A stretch of DNA of 64,000 nucleotides from Candidatus Krumholzibacteriia bacterium (GCA_041484665.1 JBGPIA010000003.1:64001-128000), one strand, 5' to 3'. Counted from the stretch's first letter, positions 1-10,812 are shown. Made by a program: numbers and translations. Notes: generated from the sequence alone by a model not told the origin.

Positions 1-753
1 CGCACTGAAGCGCACGCCCGGCGAGACGACCACTTGCTGGAAGAGCTCGGTGCTGGTGCTCCGCACGTCGAGCACCGCTCCGATGGGGATCCCCCGCGGG
101 ACGCTTCCGCCCAGCCCGCTGGTGACGAGCTCGTCGCCGGGGCGCAGCGGATCACCCTGGGGCACGTGGTCCAGGAGGAACTCGCGCCCGTCGTAGCGCA
201 GGAGCCCCGTTACGCCGTTGCGCACGGCCTCGACGCTGATCCGCGACTCCTCGTCGGTGAGCAGCTGCACCAAGGCCAGATCGCGGCCGAGCACCTGGCG
301 AACCCGGCCCACCAGCCCGGCCTCGGTCACAACCGGTTGCCACACGCGCAGCGTGTCGTCGCCGGTGACGCGGATCTTGGCCTGTACCGGGATCCGGCTC
401 ACGATGACCTCCAGCACCACGGCGGGCGCCAGACGCCCGCGGTTGCGCTGGTAGAAGCCGGCACGGGCCTCCAGCTCCCCGAGACGCTGGCGCTGCGCCG
501 CGATCTGGCGGCTGTCCAGCTCGAGGGCGGCCAGCCGGGCCTTGAGCTCCTGGTTCTCGGCGCGCAGGCTCGCCACCTTGTCCAGTACGCGCGCGCTCCA
601 CTCCACGGGGGTGGTGAGCCAGTGCGCCCAACGCGTCGCGTACTGAACCTTGGAGGTCTCGCCCATCGACAGGAGCGAGGCGGAGACCAGCACGCAGGCG
701 GCCAGCACCAGCTTGTCCAGATAGCGGGCCAGGCCGTGCGGGACGCCCGCCAT
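1..753 (-). CDS. mreC: Rod shape-determining protein MreC (3' end runs off window)
   Basis: Not in ORF track. Manual translation from ATG at 753 gives MAGVPHGLARYLDKLVLAACVLVSASLL (TM), coiled coil LRAENQELKARL, then GLVGRV, VQLLTD and GDELVTSGLGGSVPRGIPIG. Directly downstream of mreB. Confidence 0.93.
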   Translation of the reverse strand, partial: MAGVPHGLARYLDKLVLAACVLVSASLLSMGETSKVQYATRWAHWLTTPVEWSARVLDKVASLRAENQELKARLAALELDSRQIAAQRQRLGELEARAGFYQRNRGRLAPAVVLEVIVSRIPVQAKIRVTGDDTLRVWQPVVTEAGLVGRVRQVLGRDLALVQLLTDEESRISVEAVRNGVTGLLRYDGREFLLDHVPQGDPLRPGDELVTSGLGGSVPRGIPIGAVLDVRSTSTELFQQVVVSPGVRFSA

Positions 754-755
754 GG

Positions 756-1796
756 CTAGTCCCGGGCGCTCTGCATGATCACGTCCTCGTACGCGCCCAC
801 CTGATCGAGGATCTTGCCCGTGCCGAGCACGACGCAGAAGGCGGGGTCGTCGACGGTGTTGATGGGCAGGTTGGTCGCCGAGCGCAGCAGAGCCGCCAGC
901 CCCTTGAGCATGGAGCCGCCGCCGGTGGCGACGATTCCGCGATCGACGATGTCGGCGGCGAGCTCGGGAGGGGTCTGCTCGAGTGCCCGCTTGAGCGCCT
1001 CGACGATCTGCGCGAGGGGCTCCTGCAGCGCAGCCCGGATCTCGTCGGAGCTGATGCGAAGCGTCTTGGGGATGCCCGCCACCAGGTCGCGTCCCTTGAC
1101 CTCCATCTCGAGCTCGGAGTCGAGCTTGAAGGCGCTGCCAATCTCCTTCTTGATGGCCTCCGCCGTCTGGTCGCCGATGAGCAGGTTGTAGTTCTTCTTG
1201 AGGTACTGGACAATCGCCTCATCCATCTCATCGCCTGCCACGCGGATGGAGGTGTCACAGACGATACCGTTGAGCGCGATCACCGCGATGTCGGTGGTGC
1301 CACCGCCGATGTCGATGATCATGTTGCCGCTGGGCTGATCGACGGGCAGCCCGACGCCGATCGCGGCGGCGATGGGCTGGGCCACCAGGAACACCTCGCG
1401 CGAGCCGGCGTGCCGCGCCGAATCGCGCACAGCGCGCTTCTCCACCTCGGTGATGCGGCTGGGGACCGAGATGATGATGCGCGGCGCGATGAAGTGGCGC
1501 TTCTTCTGCGCCAGCTGGATGAACTCGCGCAGCATGTGCTGCGTAACCTCGAAGTCGGCAATCACGCCGTCCTTGAGGGGGCGGATCGCTTCGATCCGCT
1601 CGGGAGTCTTGCCCAGCATCGCCTTGGCCGCGCTGCCGACCGCGTGCACCTTGCGCGTCGTGCGGTCGACCGCGACCACACTGGGCTCGTTGAGCACGAT
1701 CCCCTTGCCCTTGATGTACACCAGCGTCGTGGCGGTGCCCAGGTCGATCGCGATGTCGTTGGTGAAGAGGCCGTTCACCCGGTTCCAGATTCCCAT
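756..1796 (-). CDS. mreB: Rod shape-determining actin-like protein MreB
   Basis: DIAIDLGT, NEPSVVA, RPLKDGVIADF, DIGGGTTD and TGGGSML motifs. Start set at MGIWN (ATG 1796). Confidence 0.97.
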   Translation of the reverse strand: MGIWNRVNGLFTNDIAIDLGTATTLVYIKGKGIVLNEPSVVAVDRTTRKVHAVGSAAKAMLGKTPERIEAIRPLKDGVIADFEVTQHMLREFIQLAQKKRHFIAPRIIISVPSRITEVEKRAVRDSARHAGSREVFLVAQPIAAAIGVGLPVDQPSGNMIIDIGGGTTDIAVIALNGIVCDTSIRVAGDEMDEAIVQYLKKNYNLLIGDQTAEAIKKEIGSAFKLDSELEMEVKGRDLVAGIPKTLRISSDEIRAALQEPLAQIVEALKRALEQTPPELAADIVDRGIVATGGGSMLKGLAALLRSATNLPINTVDDPAFCVVLGTGKILDQVGAYEDVIMQSARD

Positions 1797-1844
1797 GCCG
1801 GAATCCCCATTGCTTCGATTGCTTCTCATTGGTCCGCCCGCCGG

Positions 1845-2519
1845 TCAGAAGGCGCCCCGCTCACGGAGGCTCGTGTAGGTCCCATCGCCGAGGACCAGGT
1901 GGTCAAGGAGCTTGATGCCCAACGTCTCGCCACAGGCCGCCAGGCGCCGGGTGAGCCGCACGTCGTCCTCGCTGGGCTCGGCACATCCGGAGGGGTGGTT
2001 GTGCGCCAGCACCAGCGCCGCAGCTCCCACCGCGATCGCTCCGCGGAAGACCTCACGGGGTTCCACGCCTGCAGCGTTGAGCCCTCCCAGCGCGACGAGC
2101 GACATCCGCAGCACCTGATTGCGGGCACCGAGGCAGAGCACCGCGACGGCCTCCTGCCCGAGCTCCTCCAACAGGGGTGCGAGAATGTGCGCGGCGTCCG
2201 CCGGTCCCTGCACGCACTCTTGCGCCGCCACTGGAGCGCGCGCCGCGCGCCGGCCCAACTCGAACGCTGCCGCCAGCGCCGTCGAACGCGCCGCGCCGAC
2301 GCCCTTGACCGCGGCTAGCTCGTTGGCGTTCACCCGCGCCAGCGCCTTCAGGCTCCCGAACCGCTCCAGCAGAGCCTGGGCCAGCGCAAGCCCGCCCGCG
2401 CCCGGTCGACCTCCGCCGAGCAGAAGCGCCAGGAGCTCGCCCGCCGAAAGCGCGCCCGCGCCCAGGCGAAGGCACCGTTCGCGCGGACGCTCTCCCTCCG
2501 GTAGTCCCGCGATGCGCAT
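1845..2519 (-). CDS. radC: RadC (UPF0758) JAB-domain protein
   Basis: ERPRER N-terminus, HhH motif (VKGVG), JAMM motif HNHPSG-x-PSEDD and LLDHLV. Classic radC-mreB linkage. Confidence 0.93.
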   Translation of the reverse strand: MRIAGLPEGERPRERCLRLGAGALSAGELLALLLGGGRPGAGGLALAQALLERFGSLKALARVNANELAAVKGVGAARSTALAAAFELGRRAARAPVAAQECVQGPADAAHILAPLLEELGQEAVAVLCLGARNQVLRMSLVALGGLNAAGVEPREVFRGAIAVGAAALVLAHNHPSGCAEPSEDDVRLTRRLAACGETLGIKLLDHLVLGDGTYTSLRERGAF

Positions 2520-2794
2520 GCAACATGGGGAGGGCGGGACGGGAGGGCCTCGGCGCCCCGGGCGGTCTGTCGCCGCAAGTTCTTGAGCGGCAATGACCTA
2601 GCCACCACGCGGTGGGGAACCTTAGCAGACCCGACGGCGCGGGTTCAACAGTTATTTCTCCCGGCGGCCGCAGCAGATATGTTTACCGGCTGGATGCGGC
2701 GCGATCCTTGCCGCGCCCGGCCACGGGACGCCCGGCCGGCCGCGGGCCCAAGCCCCGGCGAGGCGGACCACGAGTCGAGGGGGGGAGCAGGAGC

Positions 2795-3994
2795 GTGCAG
2801 CTGCGGGTTCTCAAGTTCGGTGGCTCGTCTCTCACCGGAATCGACCAGATCGAGACCGCTGCGCGCCGTGTGGCCGAGGCCGTGTCCCTCGGAGGCCACA
2901 CCGTCGTGGTTGTCTCGGCGCTCGCCGGCGTCACCAATCGGCTCTTGTCCAGCGCACGGCGCCTGCACCCCGATCCGCCCGGCGAGGAGCTGGATCGCCT
3001 GCTGTCGACCGGCGAGTCGCAGGCGGCAGCGCTGCTCTGCCTCGCGCTGCGGCAGCTGGGGATCCCCGCGCGCTCCTTCGGCGGAGGCGCAGCGGGCCTG
3101 CAGACCGATGACTGCTTCGGGCGGGCCCGCATCATCAAGGTGCACACCGCGCCGTTGTCGGCTGCGCTGCAGGCCGGTGAGATCCCCGTGGTCGCGGGCT
3201 TCCAGGGCGTTACGCCCGACGGACGGATCACGACGCTGGGTCGCGGCGGCTCCGATATCACCGCCGTCGCGCTGGCGGTCGCGCACATGGCCGACCGCGT
3301 CGTCTTCTTCCGCGACGTGGATGGCGTCCACTCCGCCGACCCCAAGCTGCTGTCCGCGACGCTGCGGCTGCCGCGTCTGGACTACGAGTCGCTGATCGAC
3401 CTGGCCGAGGCCGGCGCGCCCATCCTCCACCCGCAGGCGCTGGAGACCGCACGCGCGCACCGCCTCACCCTGGAGGTCCGCGGCGTCGCCGAGGGCTCGG
3501 GGGCCACGCTGATCTGCGGCGAGGCGCTTCCGGGAACCACGCCAGTGTGGAGCGTCTCGCTCTCACACGCGATCAGTCTGCTGACGGTGGAGGAGCTGCC
3601 CCAGGACGTCGGCGTCATCGCGCAGCTCCTGGCGCTGCTCGACCGGACCGACCTCCCGCTGGAGGGGGAGCTGGTGGCGAGCGACTCCCGGTCGCTGCGC
3701 CTCACGCTGCAGCTGCCCGACATCGAGGGTCCGGCCTTGCACTCACAGATCGCCGATTTCCTGCGCGAGGAGCGCTCGGTGCGCTTCGACCTGGAACGCC
3801 AGCGCCGCCGGGTCACACTGGTGGGCAAGGGCGTGGCCAGCCGGCGCGTCTCGCAGGCGGTGGAGCGCATCGGCGCGCAACTCGGCCCGCCCATGGCAAC
3901 CTATCACGGTGAGCGCCACCGCGCGTTCGTCGTGCCCGAGCGCGACGGCAAGCTGTGGCTGACCGGGCTGCACCAAGCGTTGATCCGGGCCTGA
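2795..3994 (+). CDS. lysC: Aspartate kinase with divergent ACT-like C-terminus
   Basis: VLKFGGSS, VVVSA, LSTGE, VAGFQG, TTLGRGGSD and DVDGV-SADP. GTG start at 2795 after GGAG-rich RBS. Confidence 0.9.
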   Translation: MQLRVLKFGGSSLTGIDQIETAARRVAEAVSLGGHTVVVVSALAGVTNRLLSSARRLHPDPPGEELDRLLSTGESQAAALLCLALRQLGIPARSFGGGAAGLQTDDCFGRARIIKVHTAPLSAALQAGEIPVVAGFQGVTPDGRITTLGRGGSDITAVALAVAHMADRVVFFRDVDGVHSADPKLLSATLRLPRLDYESLIDLAEAGAPILHPQALETARAHRLTLEVRGVAEGSGATLICGEALPGTTPVWSVSLSHAISLLTVEELPQDVGVIAQLLALLDRTDLPLEGELVASDSRSLRLTLQLPDIEGPALHSQIADFLREERSVRFDLERQRRRVTLVGKGVASRRVSQAVERIGAQLGPPMATYHGERHRAFVVPERDGKLWLTGLHQALIRA

Positions 3995-4001
3995 CGCCGC
4001 G

Positions 4002-5225
4002 TCACCCCGACAGCGACCCTCCCAGGCGCGCGCGCTCCTGCTCGAGCATGTGCCGCCATGGGCTGCGCGGGTGCTCGTCGATGGCGCGCTCGAGCGCGGC
4101 CAGCCCCTCGTCGCGGTTCCCGACCCGCGTCAGCAGCAGGGTCGCCGCGCGCGCCATGGCGTGGTCGGCGCCTTCGCGCCCGCCATAGAAGCGGGCGTAG
4201 TCCAGATAGGCCGTGGCGGCCCACGCGAACTGCGTCGATTTCTCCAGCCAGAAGGCAACGCGTCGCTGCCGTCGCGGCGATAAGATGAACGCAGCATTCG
4301 CCCGGCGCGCCTCGATGAAGACCTCGCAAGCGCCGGCCATGTCACTGCGCCGCATGCGCTGGGCTACCAGATCGCGGAACATACGCTGCGCCTCGCCCCG
4401 GTCGCCCTGGATGCACAGCAGGCGCGCCAGATCCAACTGCGATTCCTCGTCGTCGGGAACGTCGCGCAGATAGCGCTGCAGCAACCCGACGGCATCGTGG
4501 AGGTTGCCCACCTCGCGGGCGTGCCGCGCCTGCGCCAGTACGTGCTCCACGCGCCCCTTGCGCGAGAGTCCGAGGCTGATCGCCAGCAGCAGCCCCGTCA
4601 GCAGCCCGCCCAGATGCGCGCCGTAGGCGGTCCCGCCACCGCCCCCGCTCCCCAACGCGAGGGCAATCTGCAGGCCCACCCACAACAAGACACCCACCGC
4701 CGCCGGTACGTACGTCGTGCCGGTCCGATTGATCCCCTGCAGCGGCAAGAATGCCCACCAGGCGAGCTTGATGCGGGCGAAGTAGTACCGCAGCAGGAAG
4801 AGGCCCAGAAGCCCGCTGAGCGCCCCGCTGGCACCCACGACCCCACCGTGGGCCGCGGCCGGAGCCCAGCGCATGACCAGCGCACCCTGCATGAGATTGC
4901 CCAGGTAGCCGCAAGTGCAGAACAGCCCAAACAGCCCGACGCTGCCCAGGGCGCGCTCCAGCGCGGGACCAAACACCCACAGGTAGATGAGGTTGCCCAG
5001 CAGGTGCATCCAGCCGGCGTGGAGGAAACACGCGGTCAGCGGAGTGAGCAGCCCCGCCGTCGCCGGCCGGTAGGTCCACGCCCACCAGCTCACATCGTTG
5101 GTGGAGCGCAGCGGCACCGAGAGCACGAAGATGACCGTGAGGCCCAGCAGCAGAGCCCAGGTCATGACCGGCCGGCGCGCGCTGGGCACGTCGACGCCCA
5201 CCGGGTAGTAGTAGAAGAAGTACAC
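4002..5225 (-). CDS. Rhomboid family intramembrane serine protease with C-terminal TPR-like domain
   Basis: FLHAGWMHLLGNL, catalytic GASG and AHLGG, hydrophobic helices, helical repeat tail. GTG start at 5225 preferred. Confidence 0.88.
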   Translation of the reverse strand: MYFFYYYPVGVDVPSARRPVMTWALLLGLTVIFVLSVPLRSTNDVSWWAWTYRPATAGLLTPLTACFLHAGWMHLLGNLIYLWVFGPALERALGSVGLFGLFCTCGYLGNLMQGALVMRWAPAAAHGGVVGASGALSGLLGLFLLRYYFARIKLAWWAFLPLQGINRTGTTYVPAAVGVLLWVGLQIALALGSGGGGGTAYGAHLGGLLTGLLLAISLGLSRKGRVEHVLAQARHAREVGNLHDAVGLLQRYLRDVPDDEESQLDLARLLCIQGDRGEAQRMFRDLVAQRMRRSDMAGACEVFIEARRANAAFILSPRRQRRVAFWLEKSTQFAWAATAYLDYARFYGGREGADHAMARAATLLLTRVGNRDEGLAALERAIDEHPRSPWRHMLEQERARLGGSLSG

Positions 5226-5396
5226 GTCGGCCTCGTGCGTCCGTGGTCGCGGAAGCGGCAGGGATCGCGGCCGCAAGTTCCGTACCGGGGGCGTGCGCGG
5301 GGAGGCTGGGTTGAGCCACGCCGCGGGGGCTTCGCGGCGTGCTCGCAGAGGTGGCCAGCTGCGCGGTCGTGATCTGGGTCGCCGCTGCGGAACAGC

Positions 5397-6437
5397 TCAG
5401 CGAGCGACCGGTTGCGGCGGTACCGCCCAGAGCGTGGGCTCGCGGATCCAGTCCCGCGGGCCCAAGCGGCGGACGGCGCAAAGCCGCTGAGCGAGGTCTC
5501 CCAGCTGGGCGAAGCGATCGCGGCGTACGCGGCCGCGGGCGTGGAGCAGGCAGCCCTCCCCTTCCCAGAGTGCCACGTGATCGGCGGTCCCCCCGGCCTC
5601 GCCGAAGAACAGCAGATCGCCGGGACGCCAGGCGCTCGGGTCCAGCTCCAGCGGGCCACCGCACTGCGCCTGCTGCGCAGCGTCGCGCGGCAGGGCGAAG
5701 CCGGCCAGCCCACAGACCAGTTGCACCAGCCCGCTGCAGTCCAATCCGGCGGGCGTGCGGCCGCCCCAGCGGTAGGCGGCGCCCAGCAGCCTGCGGGCGC
5801 GCTCCACGGCCTGCGCGGGCTCACCGCCGGGCGGCTGCGACTCGATCTGCGCCGCGTCGAGCACGCCGCGGCTGCCGTCGGGAAGCTCGACCTCGCCGCG
5901 ACTCGACGTGGCGTCGCGCGGACGCAGCAACGGGACACCCATCCACAGAGTGCAGGCGGCGTCGCCGCTCGCGCGGGCCGACCAGAGCGTCCCCGTGGGA
6001 TCGCGGAACCGCCCGCAGCGGCGCCGCAGGAGAGCATCCAGCTCGCCTGTGGCCAGCGGCCGCAGCGACCAGGCACGGGCCCAGCCGACGTAGCCGTCCT
6101 CGGCGGCGACCAGGCACCACCCCTGCGCCTCCAGCAGGAGCGTTACCCGCTCGCCCATGCGCAGTTCGCTGACGAGCCCGGCGACGTGGGCCGCAGCGGC
6201 GCGTAGGGGCTCGATGGGTGTGGCGACCATCGACTCACCCAGCGAAGCGAGAGGTGCGACCGCCGCTGCCTGCGCAGCGACCTGCGCGGCCGCAGGCGGG
6301 AACGCCGCCCAGTCTGGACCGCTGGAGTCCCCCACGGTCTGTGGCGCGGGCGTGGGGCCGAGCCAGGCATTGCGCCAGTCCACCGCCAAGGCCATCAGGC
6401 GGGCCCGCAGGGCCTCCGGAACGCTGGGGTCGATCAT
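5397..6437 (-). CDS. SH3 + NlpC/P60 (C40) peptidoglycan endopeptidase, YkfC-like
   Basis: SH3-like GW-LV-AEDGYVGW; YRWGG-TPAGLDCSGLV, PGDLLFF, HVAL and LLHA (Cys-His-His). Confidence 0.88.
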   Translation of the reverse strand: MIDPSVPEALRARLMALAVDWRNAWLGPTPAPQTVGDSSGPDWAAFPPAAAQVAAQAAAVAPLASLGESMVATPIEPLRAAAAHVAGLVSELRMGERVTLLLEAQGWCLVAAEDGYVGWARAWSLRPLATGELDALLRRRCGRFRDPTGTLWSARASGDAACTLWMGVPLLRPRDATSSRGEVELPDGSRGVLDAAQIESQPPGGEPAQAVERARRLLGAAYRWGGRTPAGLDCSGLVQLVCGLAGFALPRDAAQQAQCGGPLELDPSAWRPGDLLFFGEAGGTADHVALWEGEGCLLHARGRVRRDRFAQLGDLAQRLCAVRRLGPRDWIREPTLWAVPPQPVAR

Positions 6438-6488
6438 CCCTCTCCCGCGCCTGCAACGAGCGCGCCGGCGGCGATGGCACCGCGGGAG

Positions 6489-7937
6489 CTAGCGCTGCTC
6501 GCTCCAGACCAGCCGGTAGTGCCCCAGGCCGTCGGCGTCGCGGAAGTAGAACGTCAGGCTCTGCTGGTAATAGTGCCACACCTCGAACGTCGCGCTGCTC
6601 GAGCTGAGCATCCCGTGGCTCTCGATCGACTCGGGGGGCCCGTAGCGGATGTAGACGCGGCCGCGGTCGCTGAGCGCGCCATCGCGGAATCCGTCACGCA
6701 GCTCGCGACGCGCATACTCCACGCGGGCGAAGTGCAGCTCGAGGCGCGGATTGCCCGGCTCCTGCGGATCGGGATCGCGGCGCTGCCAGAAGGCTGCCCA
6801 GGCCGCCGCGCGCTGCTCGGGCGAAGTACGGCGCAGCTCCTCGAGCTCGTGCTTGTCCCCCAGCGACTCGACCAGGTCGACGTTGGCCCGCCAGGAGGCA
6901 TCGTCGTGCAGATCGAGGCCATAGTTCTCCACGGCCACCACCCGCGGCGCCTGAGGCGGGAGCACCACGCGCACGTCGTTCGTCCCGAACGCGAACGCGC
7001 GGGCGGGCAGGCGCACCAGCAGCCGCCCCATGGGCCGCCCCGCCGGCGGCGGCATCTTCGTCTCCCACAGCGGCGCGGTCGAGCCGTGTACCACGACCGC
7101 GACCTGCAGCTGCTGCGAGTCGGTCACGGCCGCCTCGCGCAGGTCGTACACGGCGATCATGAGCCAAGGAGGGCCCGTGGAGAGGTCGAACGTGTTCCCG
7201 TCGCGGCGCGAGAAGACGGACGGGTCGGGAACGCCGTCGATCTCGCGCACGGCCAGGGAGTCGGAGAGCGGCAGCGGGCTGGCTTCGCGGCGGGCGTAGA
7301 GGACGAGATCCCCCAGCGTCACGCCCCGGCGCTGGACGACGGCCGGGGAGACGGTGAGCAGGCGGCGGCCCTGCCGCTGCGTGCCCACCACCTCCACGAG
7401 CACCTCGAGCTGCACCGGGCCGGCCGCCGGCTGAGTGCGCGCTCCCTCCGCGCCCGCTTGGGCCGCCGCGCCGGCCAGGCGCAGCGTCGCCGTGCGGCGC
7501 ACGGTCGACTGGGCACGCGTCTCCTCGTAGGTCGCCAACTCGACCTGGCCGTCCCACTCCTGCGCCGCCAGCGCTTGGCGGCCGTCGCGCTGCACCACGC
7601 GCAGTCGGTAGCGCGCCACAAAGGTGCTGCCCTCGCGGAAGAACACGAGATTGCGGTACGGCAGGGCGACGGTGACGGTCACCATGGACGCGCCCGTCGA
7701 GTCGACGCCGGCCTGCGCCTCCGCCGAGAACCAGCGGGCCCCCGAGGCGTCCATGCTCTCGGGTTGAGCACGCGCCCCCGGCGCGGCGCACGACAGCACG
7801 GCGGCCACCAGCAGCGGCAACGAGGGCCTGCGGGGCGGCAGCGCAAAGTGGTCCCACCTGGCGCGACGGCGGCGCAGAGCCGCGCGCGGAGCATTTGTGG
7901 CGCGACGCAGGCTGTCAGCCGCGCGCGAAGGGGCCAT
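6489..7937 (-). CDS. GWxTD-domain secreted protein (paralog 1)
   Basis: Signal peptide [18 protein letters not shown]-terminal [38 protein letters not shown] and [14 protein letters not shown]. Start uncertain. Confidence 0.8.
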   Translation of the reverse strand: MAPSRAADSLRRATNAPRAALRRRRARWDHFALPPRRPSLPLLVAAVLSCAAPGARAQPESMDASGARWFSAEAQAGVDSTGASMVTVTVALPYRNLVFFREGSTFVARYRLRVVQRDGRQALAAQEWDGQVELATYEETRAQSTVRRTATLRLAGAAAQAGAEGARTQPAAGPVQLEVLVEVVGTQRQGRRLLTVSPAVVQRRGVTLGDLVLYARREASPLPLSDSLAVREIDGVPDPSVFSRRDGNTFDLSTGPPWLMIAVYDLREAAVTDSQQLQVAVVVHGSTAPLWETKMPPPAGRPMGRLLVRLPARAFAFGTNDVRVVLPPQAPRVVAVENYGLDLHDDASWRANVDLVESLGDKHELEELRRTSPEQRAAAWAAFWQRRDPDPQEPGNPRLELHFARVEYARRELRDGFRDGALSDRGRVYIRYGPPESIESHGMLSSSSATFEVWHYYQQSLTFYFRDADGLGHYRLVWSEQR

Positions 7938-8601
7938 CGAACTCGATCGTCCCATCGCGCAGACGCACGCACCGCCGGCTGTGGGCCGCGATGTCCATCT
8001 CGTGGGTGACGAGGATGATGGTGTGCCCTTTGCGGCTGAGGACGTCGAGGATGCCCATGATCTCCTCGCTGGTGACCGTGTCGAGATTCCCGGTGGGCTC
8101 GTCCGCCAGCAGGATCGACGGGTGGTTGACCAGCGCCCGGGCGATGGCCACGCGTTGCCGCTGGCCGCCGGAGAGCTCGTTGGGTTTGTGGTGCGCGCGG
8201 TCGGCAAGTCCGACCACCTCCAGCGCCTCCGCGGCGCGCCGGGCGCGCTCCCGCCGGGGCAGGCCCGCGTAGATCAGCGGTAGCTCGACGTTCTGCGCGG
8301 CCGTGGCACGCGGCAGTAGATTGAACGTCTGGAAGACGAACCCGATCTCGTGGTTGCGGATCTGCGCCAGCTCGTCGTCGGTCATGACGCTGACCTGCTT
8401 GCCGTTGAGAAGGTAGGTCCCCTCGGTGGGCGTGTCCAGACATCCCAGGATGTTCATGAACGTCGACTTGCCCGAGCCGGACGGGCCCATGATGGCCACG
8501 TATTCGCCCGCGTCGATCTGGAGGTTCACCCCGCGCAGCGCGCGCACCTCCTCCTTGCCCACCACGTAGATCTTCTGGATTGCGTCGATCTCGATCAGCA
8601 C
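7915..8601 (-). CDS. ABC transporter ATP-binding protein, MacB/LolD family (ATPase only)
   Basis: [43 protein letters not shown] and VTH. Confidence 0.93.
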   Translation of the reverse strand: MLIEIDAIQKIYVVGKEEVRALRGVNLQIDAGEYVAIMGPSGSGKSTFMNILGCLDTPTEGTYLLNGKQVSVMTDDELAQIRNHEIGFVFQTFNLLPRATAAQNVELPLIYAGLPRRERARRAAEALEVVGLADRAHHKPNELSGGQRQRVAIARALVNHPSILLADEPTGNLDTVTSEEIMGILDVLSRKGHTIILVTHEMDIAAHSRRCVRLRDGTIEFDGPFARG

Positions 8602-8644
8602 GGTGTCGTCCCTGGTCGGAGGTCCTCGCGCGGTGCGGGCGCGA

Positions 8645-10150
8645 TCACGGCAGCGGGGTTCCGATCGCCCGGGCCAGCTGCGCCCGCGCGATCAGATAGA
8701 GCGTGACCGCATTGTTGGCGTCAGTGCGCGCCCGGGTCAGGTTGACCTGGGCGTTGATCACGTCGAGGGAGGTGCCGGCGCCGACGCGGAATCGCTCGTT
8801 GGCCAGTCGCAGGTCTTCCTGGGTCTGCTCAATGGTGCCCGACGCCACGTCGTACTGCTCCTTGGCCTCGATCAGGCTGATGCGCAGCTTCACGATCTCG
8901 TTGCGGGCGTCCAGCTCGGTCTGCTGCAGCATGTATTCGGACCGCCGGTACTCGGCCTCGCTGCGCTGCTTGACGAGCTTGGTCTGCCAGCGGTCGAATA
9001 GGTTCCAGCTCCCCGAGACCCCCCAGGCGATGCTCTGGTTGGACTGAGCGCCGAAGCGGTACGGCGTCTCGGACGTCGAGCGGGTGACCTGGCCGAACAC
9101 GGCCACGTTGGGATAGTTGTTGGCGTTCGCCTGCGTCGTGCGCTGCTTGCCGGCGAGCACGTCGAAGCGGGCGGCCTTGAGGTCGCCGCGGCCCTCGTGC
9201 GCCTTGGCCACCAGGTCGTCCAGCGCCGGGATGTCGCCCTTGGCCGGGTCGATCTCCTCGGCCTGGACGTCGAAGTGCTGCGACGTCGGGATGTTCATGA
9301 GGTGACAGAGGTCGGCGAAGGCCTGCTCCTCGCCGTTGCGTGCGCGCACCGTATCCAGCCGCGTCTGCTCGTAGCGCACGCGGGCCTGCAGCACGTCGCT
9401 CTTGGTGGCGATGCCGAGGTCGAAGTAGGTCTGGCTGCGCTCGTACTCCTTCTTGGCCAGGTCCTCCGACTCATTGGCAACGATCACCTGGCGCTTGGCG
9501 CGCAGCAGGTTGTAGTAGGCCATCGACACGTTCTGCGCGAGCACGTCCTTGCGGTACGCGAGGCTGGCCTCGCTGGAGCCCAGCGAGGCATCGGCCGCCT
9601 TGAGACCGGCGATGCGCGCGAAGCCGTCGAACACCAGGAGGTTGCTCTGCAGCGTGACAGTGCGGAAGGTCTGCAGCACCGTCTGGTCCGCCGTCCCGAC
9701 CACCGTGGACCCGTAGACGTACGGGTCGTTGCCGCCGATCTGCAGCGGTGCGCCCGTGCTGGTGTAGATCGGCAGCGGCTCCAGCTGTACGCCGAAGATC
9801 GACTGGTCGTAGTCGGTGCGCTTGTTGCGCGTCCAGTCCGCCGACAGGTTCAAGTTGGGGAGCCATGCGCCGCGGCTGGCCAGCACCTCCTTGTTGGCCG
9901 TGCGGACGCTCTCCTCTGCAATCCCAAGCGCAGCCGAGCCGGCAACCGCGGCGTCGACGCATTCCCACAGGGTCACGGCGTGTCCGTCGTACAGGCGGGC
10001 CGTTGCCCCCTGCAATGCGGACAGCTTGTCGGAGAGCTGCGCGCTCGCTGCCGCCGGCAGCACCGACAGAGCGAGGCAAGTCACGACGGCGGTGCAGCCT
10101 TTCCTGGCGCGCCGCCGTGGCCCGCGGTCCACGGAACGATCCCCTCCCAT
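8645..10150 (-). CDS. TolC family outer membrane protein
   Basis: Signal peptide ending AAASA|Q; two OEP repeats ([56 protein letters not shown]). Confidence 0.9.
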   Translation of the reverse strand: MGGDRSVDRGPRRRARKGCTAVVTCLALSVLPAAASAQLSDKLSALQGATARLYDGHAVTLWECVDAAVAGSAALGIAEESVRTANKEVLASRGAWLPNLNLSADWTRNKRTDYDQSIFGVQLEPLPIYTSTGAPLQIGGNDPYVYGSTVVGTADQTVLQTFRTVTLQSNLLVFDGFARIAGLKAADASLGSSEASLAYRKDVLAQNVSMAYYNLLRAKRQVIVANESEDLAKKEYERSQTYFDLGIATKSDVLQARVRYEQTRLDTVRARNGEEQAFADLCHLMNIPTSQHFDVQAEEIDPAKGDIPALDDLVAKAHEGRGDLKAARFDVLAGKQRTTQANANNYPNVAVFGQVTRSTSETPYRFGAQSNQSIAWGVSGSWNLFDRWQTKLVKQRSEAEYRRSEYMLQQTELDARNEIVKLRISLIEAKEQYDVASGTIEQTQEDLRLANERFRVGAGTSLDVINAQVNLTRARTDANNAVTLYLIARAQLARAIGTPLP

Positions 10151-10270
10151 CGAAGGCCCTCCTCGCACGGTAGGAAAACGGTCGCGGGAAAGCTAAGCCG
10201 CCCCGCCGTAGGGTTCAAGCCAAGAAGCTGCGACGTCGCTTGGCCCCCGGGCCCGACCCACGCGACTTCC

Positions 10271-10296
10271 TACGCCTGCGGCGCCGCGGGGTTGCA
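10271..10296 (-). promoter_or_regulatory. Candidate ECF-sigma promoter upstream of tolC-ABC-GWxTD
   Basis: Minus strand TGCAAC-N16-CGTA, resembling the SigW/SigM-type TGAAAC-N16-CGTA consensus. Confidence 0.45.
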
Positions 10297-10376
10297 GGGG
10301 AGTACGAGGTGCCGGGGCGGGCGGCGGCGCCCCCGCAGCGCGGCGGCCGCTGCCAGCGCGTCCTGCGGGGTGCCCG

Positions 10377-10808
10377 TCATCGGGTGGCTCGGAGCTCGCG
10401 CTGGGGCGGCTCGACGCGGTTGCCGAACTGCATGCGCAAGGCGTTGGCCCGGCGCAGCGCCTGCATCACCGCGTCGACGACGCCGTAGCGCGCGCGCGCG
10501 TCGGCCTGCAGCGCGACGATCAGCTGGGGGTTCGCGCGGCACTTGCGCGCCACGATGTCGAAAACCTGGTCCGGGGTGACGATCCGGTCGTCGATGGCGA
10601 TGCGCCCCAGCCGGTCGATCCAGACGTGGGTGACCAGCGTGCGCCGGCTCTCGATCCCGCTCTGCGCGCGCGGCAGATTCACCGGCAGGCCCTCCTCGGT
10701 CCGGATCACGCTGCTCACCATGAAGAACAGCAACAGCAGGAACACGATGTCCCCCATCGTGGTCGTAGGGATCTGGGCCTTGGGCTTGCGTCCGCGGTCG
10801 AATCGCAT
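10377..10808 (-). CDS. exbD: Biopolymer transporter ExbD
   Basis: IPTTTMGDIVFLLLLFFMVSS TM with essential Asp; VNLP; LQAD-ARYG-V-VM. Confidence 0.88.
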   Translation of the reverse strand: MRFDRGRKPKAQIPTTTMGDIVFLLLLFFMVSSVIRTEEGLPVNLPRAQSGIESRRTLVTHVWIDRLGRIAIDDRIVTPDQVFDIVARKCRANPQLIVALQADARARYGVVDAVMQALRRANALRMQFGNRVEPPQRELRATR

Positions 10809-10812
10809 GCTC

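Noticed and set aside
1845..2519. radC as a marker of a mobile element
   Set aside because: It is the full-length chromosomal form in the usual radC-mreBC context, with no integrase or att sites.
2600..2794. Possible lysine riboswitch upstream of aspartokinase
   Set aside because: GC hairpins are present, but I could not find the conserved AGAGG-GC core or a terminator. An Rfam scan would settle it.
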